Origin: Polyangiaceae bacterium
GTDB lineage: Bacteria > Myxococcota_A > Polyangia > Polyangiales > Polyangiaceae
DNA: 64,000 nucleotides
Direction: 5' to 3'
Assembly: GCA_044376115.1 (NCBI GenBank)
Contig: JBILLK010000009.1
Location: forward strand, 96,001-160,000
Shown: positions 54,198 through 64,000 of the stretch, one piece after another
Layout: each line of letters begins with the position of its first letter
Position numbering within the stretch: the first letter of the stretch is position 1
Program-made: the position numbers and the translations under genes
Notes under the pieces: model-generated
Told to the model about the DNA's origin: nothing
Databases searched by the model: none
Seen by the model: the letters and a program-made list of their open reading frames with translations, nothing else

Positions 54198-54905
54198 GTG
54201 GTTGAGTCCGAGGCTGAGGGTGTTCGGATAGAAAAGCCGGCTGCAACGTCGTTGTGGCTAGTCGCCTTTCCTCCGCTTGGGGCGGTCATCGTATATGGCT
54301 CGAGTCGTCATCTGTACGTGCTTTGCGATTGGGCATTGTGGCTACTGGGGCCTGTGCTCGCGATGTTGGCTCTGGCCGCGCGTGCTGAGCTGAGGGCCTT
54401 GCCGGCCGAGGGCCACATCTCCCGCCGGAAAGCGCTAAAGCGAGACCTCGTGATCGAGGTCGCGATGGCATTGGCTGCCCTCACGCTTGCGCTGGTGCGA
54501 CCGGGGTTTATCTCCACTCCCAGTGAAGTTGCAGCCTGTTTACGCGACTATGCGAAGCCGGAGTTGCAACCTGCCGATCTCCAGCGTGTTCGCGAGGAGG
54601 GGCTGCCAACGTGCTTTGACGGAGGGCACAGGCTCCGGGGGCGCCAGGCCGCCCATCTTCCGATCGAACTCGGTCACGACGCTGCGAACCAGTTGCCCGT
54701 CGTCGCCTTTGCCTACGATCAGGGATGCAATGGTCCCGACGTGCGAGTTGGTATTCGCTACCGCGGAGTGGAGCAGTCGGTGTGCTGTCAACTGAACGCC
54801 AGGCCTATTGGGGCCGAAGGCATGGGCCGTTGGTACGTCGGTTGTGAACCAGCCGGTACTCAACCGAATGCGGGTCCCCCAAGAGGCTGTAGTACGCGAA
54901 ACTAG
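54198..54905 (+). CDS. Hypothetical membrane protein with Cys-containing C-terminal domain
   Basis: Three hydrophobic segments; TAAGCT 5 nt before GTG 54198. Confidence 0.5.
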   Translation: MVESEAEGVRIEKPAATSLWLVAFPPLGAVIVYGSSRHLYVLCDWALWLLGPVLAMLALAARAELRALPAEGHISRRKALKRDLVIEVAMALAALTLALVRPGFISTPSEVAACLRDYAKPELQPADLQRVREEGLPTCFDGGHRLRGRQAAHLPIELGHDAANQLPVVAFAYDQGCNGPDVRVGIRYRGVEQSVCCQLNARPIGAEGMGRWYVGCEPAGTQPNAGPPRGCSTRN

Positions 54906-55039
54906 CCAGTGACGCCCTTCGAGCAGAAGCTTAGGTATAGCCGAATAATGGGTTGCGATAATTCGCCTAGAACTTTGTTGCGACGGCCCGCACCCTAACG
55001 GCTAACCGTGGCTGCACTTAGCCACCAAGGGAGGTGCCC

Positions 55040-55558
55040 ATGAAAGAGTCGCTCGCATATCACGTGCGTAGATCCATCTTCGTCTCGCTCGCACAGATGG
55101 CGTGGGCGGACGGCAAGCTGCACGCGAGTGAGCTCGCCGCGCTACGTGGAGCCGCCTTCAGCCTGGACTTGCTCGATCGGCATACGGGCGTAGCTGGCAT
55201 GCTCTCGCTCGGCCCGGCATTGCTTCCTCCCGTGGAGTTCTCCGACCTCAATCGGACCGAGCGAGGTTTGTGCGTGGCCGCTGCTGCCTGGGCGGCGCTC
55301 ACCGACGACCTGCAGAGCCACACCGAGAGCTTCGTCTTGTCGTGGTTAGCGACCCACGCGGGGCTTGATGAGGAGATCGTTGACGAGCTCAGCGAGCTGG
55401 CTTGGCGAACGCGAGCGCTGCGCCCCCACGACCTTGATTGGGAGTCGGAATTTGATGCGCTGCTCATCGCCGCCAAAACGCTGCTCGAGCCCCAAGCATC
55501 TCTCCCAGCGGTTCTACGCAAGCCTGGCGCGGTCTCCTTGGAAGCCCCGCTATCGTAA
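55040..55558 (+). CDS. TerB-like protein
   Basis: GGAGG RBS; MAWADGKLHASE..AL and AALTDD.QSHTE...L..LA...GL duplicated TerB motifs. Confidence 0.7.
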   Translation: MKESLAYHVRRSIFVSLAQMAWADGKLHASELAALRGAAFSLDLLDRHTGVAGMLSLGPALLPPVEFSDLNRTERGLCVAAAAWAALTDDLQSHTESFVLSWLATHAGLDEEIVDELSELAWRTRALRPHDLDWESEFDALLIAAKTLLEPQASLPAVLRKPGAVSLEAPLS

Positions 55559-55564
55559 CATCCG

Positions 55565-57904
<2,340 letters not shown>

Positions 57905-57951
57905 TCAAGATTGTCCGGTAGCGCGAAGTCTTCTGGGCTAGTCTCGGCCGC

Positions 57952-58557
57952 GTGATTCGGACTGATTCCTCGCGGTCGAAGCTAGCTTCAGTTTTCTCCA
58001 TCTATCTATTGGCGTTTAGCGCGAATTGCGGTGAAAAGAAGCCAGGCGAAGCTTCGGCGAAGGTTGCTAGCAGTGTTCCAACGTCCGCAGCTCCTTCCAG
58101 CGTTAGCCCGTCCGGGAGTGCAGTGATCTCTGATAGTGCGCCAAAGCGACTTGACCTCAGCGATAGAGGACTCCCAATCGCGCTGCTTGTACCTGGTTGC
58201 GTAAAAGTCCGAGAGCCGCTGATGAAGAACGCAAACAACCTCAAGGACCTCATTCTCGCTTGCGACCCAGGCCTGAGCGGCGCTCCGCCCTTCGCGATCC
58301 AGCTGGGACTGAGCGAGGGCAAGGTCTGGAAGACCGACATCCGTGCCAACAAGGGCTTCAAGCGCTTCACTGCGGATGAGCCAGCCTTTCTCCGCTGGCA
58401 GGCGGAAGACGGCAAGCTGCTGGTGGAGGAGTTCATCTTGCGTCAGCCGGTGGCTGGAACCAACTATGCGTGCTTCCCTCAATTCCCGGCTGGGCCTGAC
58501 CAACGCGCGTTGCTCGAGGAAGAACTCGCCGCGTGCAAGAGCCTGTCAGCGCCTTAG
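57952..58557 (+). CDS. Hypothetical lipoprotein
   Basis: Hydrophobic signal ending in SANC; Ser-rich linker; C-terminal C..ACKSL. Confidence 0.55.
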   Translation: MIRTDSSRSKLASVFSIYLLAFSANCGEKKPGEASAKVASSVPTSAAPSSVSPSGSAVISDSAPKRLDLSDRGLPIALLVPGCVKVREPLMKNANNLKDLILACDPGLSGAPPFAIQLGLSEGKVWKTDIRANKGFKRFTADEPAFLRWQAEDGKLLVEEFILRQPVAGTNYACFPQFPAGPDQRALLEEELAACKSLSAP

Positions 58558-59439
58558 CCAACGCTCTGGGAGGGCGGAGAGGCATTCCTCGAGCGTTGCG
58601 TCATGAATCGCCATGACCTTGGGGATACTGCCATCGGGCTCTTGTTGGTAGCCACCGGCAAAGTTCCAGACGACTGGCGTACGAGTTTTTGCCAGCGCAC
58701 GAAAGACAATGCGGTCCCGCTCGCGTAGTTCAGCACTTGTAAGCCACCCACCAAGCGGGTCGTCGACGTGTGGGTCCGCGCCAGCCTGGTAGAGGACGAC
58801 GTCACAGGTCGCAAGTCGCTGTAGCTCGCTCGTTAGACGTCGGAAGAAGTCGTTGACCTGGTCTTTTCGGTAGAAGCTCGCCCCGGTTGAGAAGTGCTCG
58901 ACGTAGTCCTCTGTCGCGACCCTCTGCAGAATCTCGCGTGTACCGTCCCCGTCGTGCATATCGCAGTCGAGAATCCCAACCCGTTTTGCTTGCCCCGTTT
59001 GATGCAGAGCGAGAGCGGTGACGGTGAGGCCGTTGAATGTGCAATAGCCACTCGCGCGCTCAAACCCCGCGTGGTGGAAGCCCGAGCACGGTGCACAAGC
59101 GAAGCCTCCGTTGGCCACGACGTGGCGGGCTGCGGAGAGCATGGCCCCGTTGGTAAAGGGCAATGAGTTGGCTACCTCCAACGAACGGTTCTGAAAGCCG
59201 TTGAGGCGCTCTCCCCGCAAGACTCCAAGCACATAGTCGGCGGAGTGACTCCGCGTCAGATCTGCAACGGAGGCTGGCACTGGCGCAAGTACGTCGATGG
59301 GCAATCGGCGCGCTAGCCATGATTCCACCATCAACTTCGGTTTGGCAGCGCTCGGCGAAAATGAATCCGACTGCGCGGCCATCTCGCGACAGTAGAAGAC
59401 TGGAATACGCTTCGGTGCGAGTTCGGTGTTGTCTTTCAT
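58546..59439 (-). CDS. Zn-dependent histone deacetylase family protein
   Basis: SGFHHA, SGYCTFN, LDCDMHDGDGT, YQAGADPH.DDPLGG, AGGY. Confidence 0.9.
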   Translation of the reverse strand: MKDNTELAPKRIPVFYCREMAAQSDSFSPSAAKPKLMVESWLARRLPIDVLAPVPASVADLTRSHSADYVLGVLRGERLNGFQNRSLEVANSLPFTNGAMLSAARHVVANGGFACAPCSGFHHAGFERASGYCTFNGLTVTALALHQTGQAKRVGILDCDMHDGDGTREILQRVATEDYVEHFSTGASFYRKDQVNDFFRRLTSELQRLATCDVVLYQAGADPHVDDPLGGWLTSAELRERDRIVFRALAKTRTPVVWNFAGGYQQEPDGSIPKVMAIHDATLEECLSALPERWLRR

Positions 59440-59508
59440 GCCAAGAGAATGCGTCTCTCGCCTCCGCTGATCGAGACATGAATGTGTAGATGGCATTACT
59501 CTAGAGTC

Positions 59509-60411
59509 ATGAATGAGTCGGTCTTGGAGCGGACAGGTATTTCGCTCGAGCGGCTGCGCAATTTTTTATTGGTGGTTGAGGCTGCTGGAATTGCGCGGGC
59601 TGCGCCAGGCCAGCCCGTACGACAGAGCCTCTACAGCCGGCAAATCGGAGAGCTGGAGGCCGCGCTCGAGCTTGTCCTCTTTGAGCGTCAAGGGCGAGGT
59701 CTGAAGCTGACCGAGGCCGGTCGGCAGCTCGCAATCGTGGTGCGTGACGTGATCCGCGGTCTCGAGGGCGTTGCGCTGGCTGCGCGTCTGCAGCAGCAAC
59801 CCTTCTCGCTCGCTGCTGGAGACAGTCTACTTCATTGGTGGATCTTGCCGCGGTTGGGGGCCCATCCAAGTAACGAGCCAGTCTCCGTGCAGTCCATGTC
59901 TTCGGGTGACGCAGCAAGCGCCGTACGAGAGGGGCGAGTGGATTTTGGGGTTGTTCGCGTGAACTCGGACCTCCGTGGGCTCGAGCAGCTGCGACTGGGC
60001 TTTGTCGACTACGCGATTTTTGCTTCCGCAGGGCTTATCCGAGGTTACGCAGAGAGGAATGCCGAGTTGGCCCGCTTGCCGCTTGCATTGCAGACGAGCG
60101 AGCCTCTGCTGAATGAAGGGCTGCAAGCGAGCTTGCGAGCCGCGGGCCGCCTCCAGCCCGCGCTTTATTGCGAAACATTTCCGCAGGTGTGTCGTGCTGT
60201 GCAATCCGGGCGCTACGCAGGTTTGCTTCCTACTCTCGCGCGCGCAGAACTCCCAGCTCGACGCTACCGAGAGCTTACCTTTGGCGGCCAAGCTAAGTTG
60301 CGGTCGGCCGTCGCCCTGGTCTGGCGGAAGAAGGCGGTGGCAACCCGTGCGCGCGGTGAGTCTCTGGTCGCGACCTTAGCCGAGCGGCTCACGCTCTCTT
60401 CGATCTCGTGA
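59509..60411 (+). CDS. LysR-type transcriptional regulator
   Basis: LRNFL.VVEA.GI.RAA, QSLYSRQIGELE..L...LFER.GRG..LTEAG; C-terminal substrate-binding domain. Confidence 0.88.
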   Translation: MNESVLERTGISLERLRNFLLVVEAAGIARAAPGQPVRQSLYSRQIGELEAALELVLFERQGRGLKLTEAGRQLAIVVRDVIRGLEGVALAARLQQQPFSLAAGDSLLHWWILPRLGAHPSNEPVSVQSMSSGDAASAVREGRVDFGVVRVNSDLRGLEQLRLGFVDYAIFASAGLIRGYAERNAELARLPLALQTSEPLLNEGLQASLRAAGRLQPALYCETFPQVCRAVQSGRYAGLLPTLARAELPARRYRELTFGGQAKLRSAVALVWRKKAVATRARGESLVATLAERLTLSSIS

Positions 60412-60416
60412 CGCTG

Positions 60417-61283
60417 CTACCAGCGTTGTGCCCACGCTGGAGCAGGCTGGTTGGGGACTGGTTCAACGAGGACGTGTTCACGCACGACCTTGAGCGCCGG
60501 CGAATCCGCATCTCGAATCTGAAGGCGGCTATCTCGGGTGGCTACGAGCAGCCGCCCGTAGGGGTCCCAGTCCGCCCAGGTGACGTTCTCGAGCTCAACC
60601 AGGCTCTTTCGTTGTTCAATGCTGTAGTTCGGGCACCGCCCTTCAATGCCGCCTGCCTGCCTTCCGCTGTCACGTATTATCAAACGGGCGCTGTGTCTCC
60701 CAGCTGGGCGGAGTTTGGTCAGCACGACGTTGCGCCGCTCGTCCCAGACATCGTTCGCTCCGCGTGCTGGGCAATCGGCGTCTTCGACCCACCCTCGGCG
60801 TCGCTCCGTGGCGTATTGCTGCGCTGCTGTTTTTTGCAGCGTCAGCCGATAGTTCGTTGCGAGCGGATTGATGTCTCCAAGCAGTGCAGGCCCCATCACG
60901 GAAGTGCCACGGACTGCGGCTCCACTGTTTGCTTCGAAGTGTGCGCCCCTGGTCCATGTACCGGATTCAGGCCAGGCGGCGAGCGCGAAGAGCCATGGCG
61001 CTTTGCTTACCGCTGAATAGGTTTTGACCCCGCGTTGCCCCATGAACTCACCATTTCCACCCTTGAGCGCGAAGTACGAGAGCAGGCTGCCGTCGGGGGA
61101 TAAGTCGCAGCGGCGCGGGTACAGTGTCCCCTTGAACGCCGCACCTTGCTCGAGGTTGCCGCTGCTGAGGTCTAAGCGATGCAATCCCCAACGTCGTCCG
61201 GGGCCCCGCTGGAACACAAGGGCGGTCGGCGCCGCTGCCGCTACAATACAATAAAGCCTGGGGAGAAGTGGCAAATCGTTCAT
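60417..61283 (-). CDS. Hypothetical protein with TolB-like beta-propeller elements
   Basis: RCDLSPDGSLLSYFA, WADWD..GRLLVAT. Confidence 0.6.
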   Translation of the reverse strand: MNDLPLLPRLYCIVAAAAPTALVFQRGPGRRWGLHRLDLSSGNLEQGAAFKGTLYPRRCDLSPDGSLLSYFALKGGNGEFMGQRGVKTYSAVSKAPWLFALAAWPESGTWTRGAHFEANSGAAVRGTSVMGPALLGDINPLATNYRLTLQKTAAQQYATERRRGWVEDADCPARGANDVWDERRNVVLTKLRPAGRHSARLIIRDSGRQAGGIEGRCPNYSIEQRKSLVELENVTWADWDPYGRLLVATRDSRLQIRDADSPALKVVREHVLVEPVPNQPAPAWAQRW

Positions 61284-61328
61284 AACCGCGAAGCTCAAAC
61301 CGAGGGTAGCTGTCAGCGAAACGTAGGG

Positions 61329-61838
61329 CTAATCGGCTGCTCGCTGCGATGGCTTTAGGCTAGCGCAGACGGCCAAAGCAGCCTTGTAACTCGCAACATC
61401 AGCGCCGGTGAACGAGCACATCGCACCATCCATGTAACCTGCCCGGCGCTTCAGAACCGTGACGTCCCACGCGCCCTTGGTGTGAAGCACAGCTTCGAAC
61501 CCTTCCTCCCCGTGATCCTGCTGGTGGACGACCTCAGGGGCTGAGCTTCCCGCAGCCGGCGCGAGATGTTCCTCCAGCCGCTGAACGAAAGCGGCGCTTG
61601 CTGGCCAGCTAACCAAACTTATCGGGCCGCCCAGGCCATGCAAGACGACGCCGTCCTCCGAGGGCTCCGCACGTAACGCTGCGCCACTGATTATCCAATC
61701 GCTACCAGCGAGCGTGAGCCGGGTCACGGACGGCGCTTGCTGCGCTTCCGGTAAGTCGACCACTGTGACTGTCCGCGGTTCCGCCTCTCCGCATGCAACG
61801 AGTGCGCTTGCCAGTATTGGCAGCAGGGAGCGTCTCAT
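61329..61838 (-). CDS. Hypothetical lipoprotein
   Basis: MRRSLLPILASALVAC lipobox; C-terminal C..VCASL. Confidence 0.55.
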   Translation of the reverse strand: MRRSLLPILASALVACGEAEPRTVTVVDLPEAQQAPSVTRLTLAGSDWIISGAALRAEPSEDGVVLHGLGGPISLVSWPASAAFVQRLEEHLAPAAGSSAPEVVHQQDHGEEGFEAVLHTKGAWDVTVLKRRAGYMDGAMCSFTGADVASYKAALAVCASLKPSQRAAD

Positions 61839-62114
61839 CGGTTCATTGTCTACGCGCGGACAGTTTGCGCAAAGAGAAAGGGTTGTCACTAGCGGAGCCT
61901 ACTGACAAAGCCGGAACGCCGCGTGCTGAATGGTTGGCACCCGGCCGCGCTAACGCTAGCAATGGGGCGTAAGCCCACTGTCGCTTGTGTTGACGTCGCC
62001 CGATGAACTCAATAGCGGATTGTTCTGCCTACCTAATGGATGTGATCTCCCCGTTTGGACGGTTAGCTTTGGCCAAAATGTTTGATGGTTTCTAGATAGG
62101 GGGTTAGCGAGGCG

Positions 62115-62699
62115 ATGTTGGAACAGTTGGCAATACCGGATAGCGAGGTTTGGTACGACCAGCAGCTAGCGTTTGGCCTTCCTCCCGAGCAGGTGTTCGC
62201 GCGGCTACTCGAGGAAGTGAGCTGGCAGCAACGGACGATTCGGCTCTTTGGACGGGAAGTAGCGCAGCCGAGACTCGTCGCCTGGTATGGTGACCCGGGC
62301 TGCAGCTACACCTATTCGGGTATTCGTTGGGACCCTAGCGCGTGGACGATGCAGCTTCTCGAGCTTCGGCAGATAGTAGAACAGGTGTCCGGTTGCGGCT
62401 TTAACTCGGTGTTGGTCAACCTGTACCGTGACCAACGCGATAGCATGGGCTTTCATAGTGATGACGAGCCGGAACTCGGTCCAAACCCAAGCATCGCTTC
62501 GCTTTCCCTGGGGGCAGAGCGCGTGTTCGTAATGAAGCATAAGGCGGGCCAGGTTCGGCCTGTCAGGCTCCGTCTCGCCTCAGGAAGTTTGCTTGTCATG
62601 AAGGGCGAGACACAGCGCAACTGGAAGCATGGAATCGACAAGCAGAGTTCGCCTTGCGGCCCGCGCATCAATCTTACTTTTCGCAAGATTGTCCGCTGA
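62115..62699 (+). CDS. AlkB-family 2OG-Fe(II) dioxygenase (ALKBH2/3-like)
   Basis: QPRLVAWYG, FNSVLVNLYRD, MGFHSDDE, HGI, RINLTFR. Confidence 0.92.
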   Translation: MLEQLAIPDSEVWYDQQLAFGLPPEQVFARLLEEVSWQQRTIRLFGREVAQPRLVAWYGDPGCSYTYSGIRWDPSAWTMQLLELRQIVEQVSGCGFNSVLVNLYRDQRDSMGFHSDDEPELGPNPSIASLSLGAERVFVMKHKAGQVRPVRLRLASGSLLVMKGETQRNWKHGIDKQSSPCGPRINLTFRKIVR

Positions 62700-62795
62700 T
62701 GGCGGGGCCCTAGCGGACAAGCCAAACTTTGCGGTTGAGCGTTTGCACCTCAACCAGAATGACGGGCAGCTCTTCAAGACAGGGGGTATTCCAGG

Positions 62796-62826
62796 TGCAA
62801 CCTTTGCAGCCCGAGCAAAGGTTGCA
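62796..62826. promoter_or_regulatory. Perfect 12-bp inverted repeat, candidate enhancer (bEBP) binding site
   Basis: TGCAACCTTTGC-agcccga-GCAAAGGTTGCA, centred about 95 bp upstream of the predicted sigma54 start site. Confidence 0.55.
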
Positions 62827-62880
62827 TCCGATTTCACGACGCGAGCCACTAATTGCAGCGAGCACCGAGGAAGAATACCT

Positions 62881-62896
62881 TGGCTCGACGCATGCA
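62881..62896 (+). promoter_or_regulatory. Putative sigma54 promoter of sqr
   Basis: TGGCTCGACGCATGCA with GG-N10-GC spacing; predicted start site about 62907. Confidence 0.55.
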
Positions 62897-62908
62897 TCAG
62901 CCGCGTAT

Positions 62909-64000
62909 GTGAAGCGCATTGTCATTCTCGGAGGCGGTACCGGTGGCACCATGATGGCCAACCGGCTGGCGCGGGCCTTGGCTAACGACCAGTGGAGGGT
63001 CACCGTAGTCGATCGCGATAACGTGCATATATATCAGCCCGGTCTTCTAATGCTGCCCTTCGGTCAATATCGTCGAGACGAGCTAATCAAACAAAGGCGT
63101 GCCTTGCTCGACCCCGGAGTGGAGTTGCGGCTCCACGAGATCGACCGTGTCGCCCCCGATGAGAACAAGGTTTTTCTCGAAGGCGGAGAGGTGCTTTCGT
63201 ACGATCTCCTGGTCGTAGCGACGGGGGCACGGATTCGCCCTGAGCTGACGCCAGGCCTAACCGGTGAGGGTTGGCAGAAGACCGCCTTCGACTTCTACTC
63301 GCTAGAAGGAGCGATCGCCCTGCAGGATACGCTGAGCCGCTGGAAGGGGGGGCGCCTCGTAGTGAATATTGTAGATATGCCGATAAAATGTCCGGTAGCT
63401 CCTCTCGAGTTCGCCTTCCTGGCGGACGCCTTCTTCACGCAGCGTGGGCTGCGCGGTCAGGTTGAGATGGTCTATGTGACGCCACTCGAGGGCGCCTTTA
63501 CCAAGCCACGCGCATCGGCGGCGTTCGGCAATATCATGAGCCAACGACACATCGAGGTCGTAGGTGACTTCGCTCTGGCTGAGGTGGACGGCGGCAGGCG
63601 TACTCTCAAGAGCTACGATGGGCGTGAAGTCGACTACGATCTGCTCGTGACGGTGCCGCTCCATGCTGGAGCAGCTGCGATTCAAGCGAGTGGGATGGGT
63701 GATGAGGCTGGTTGGTTACCCACGCACAAACACACGCTTCAGTCTCTCCACTTTCCGAATGTATTTGCGCTGGGTGATGCGACCAACTTGCCGGCTTCCA
63801 AGGCAGGAGCCGTAGCTCACTTTCAGTCCGAGGTTCTGTTTAGCAATGTCCTCAGATTCATAGATGGGCAAAGCCTGCTGCCAGAGTTTGATGGTCATGC
63901 GAACTGCTTCATTGAGACTGGCTACGGAAAGGCCATGCTCATCGACTTTAACTATGAGACTGAGCCTCTCCCTGGTCGTTTCCCTCTGCCAGGTATAGGG
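62909..64000 (+). CDS. sqr: Sulfide:quinone oxidoreductase (type III-like), 3'-truncated by the window end
   Basis: Manual translation from GTG 62909: MKRIVILGGGTGGT, YQPGLL, PIKCPVAPLEF, FALGDAT..SKAG, DGHANCFIETG.GKA.LIDFNY; frame open to 64000. Confidence 0.88.
   Translation, partial: MKRIVILGGGTGGTMMANRLARALANDQWRVTVVDRDNVHIYQPGLLMLPFGQYRRDELIKQRRALLDPGVELRLHEIDRVAPDENKVFLEGGEVLSYDLLVVATGARIRPELTPGLTGEGWQKTAFDFYSLEGAIALQDTLSRWKGGRLVVNIVDMPIKCPVAPLEFAFLADAFFTQRGLRGQVEMVYVTPLEGAFTKPRASAAFGNIMSQRHIEVVGDFALAEVDGGRRTLKSYDGREVDYDLLVTVPLHAGAAAIQASGMGDEAGWLPTHKHTLQSLHFPNVFALGDATNLPASKAGAVAHFQSEVLFSNVLRFIDGQSLLPEFDGHANCFIETGYGKAMLIDFNYETEPLPGRFPLPGIG

Noticed and set aside
61935..61950. TGGCACCCGGCCGCGC as a sigma54 promoter
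   Set aside because: The GC is not at the strict GG-N10-GC position and the -12 element lacks TGC.

Overview
GC-rich bacterial chromosomal window, most likely a myxobacterium of the Polyangiaceae/Sorangiineae type. This is inferred from a MYXO-CTERM-like tail, a close CsgA homologue, an AgmX/PglI-like lipoprotein, eukaryote-like Ser/Thr kinases and many Cys/Gly-rich lipoproteins. It holds about 60 genes, mostly scattered housekeeping and envelope functions (sucA, ribA, holA, ppx, tadA with tRNA-Arg(ACG), katG, phaZ-bdhA, acyl-CoA dehydrogenases, mltD-like, ygiQ-like, partial sqr). I saw no CRISPR array, rRNA, transposase or prophage. The most striking feature is a ClpA-type AAA+ ATPase (23214-25907) fused to a release factor 2-like module that keeps domains 1, 2 and 4 but has lost the GGQ catalytic domain, which suggests a ribosome-directed quality-control or rescue system. 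Other notable items: a sigma54-driven catalytically dead LeuA-like protein upstream of a cNMP-domain kinase; a structured duplicated intergenic element (about 39945-40262) upstream of an unannotated 43-aa basic ORF; a sigma54 promoter followed by an ORF-less C/U-rich tract (candidate sRNA); and a recurrent -10-like hexamer 6 nt before start codons, suggesting widespread leaderless transcripts. All family calls come from motif recognition by eye; no database searches were run.
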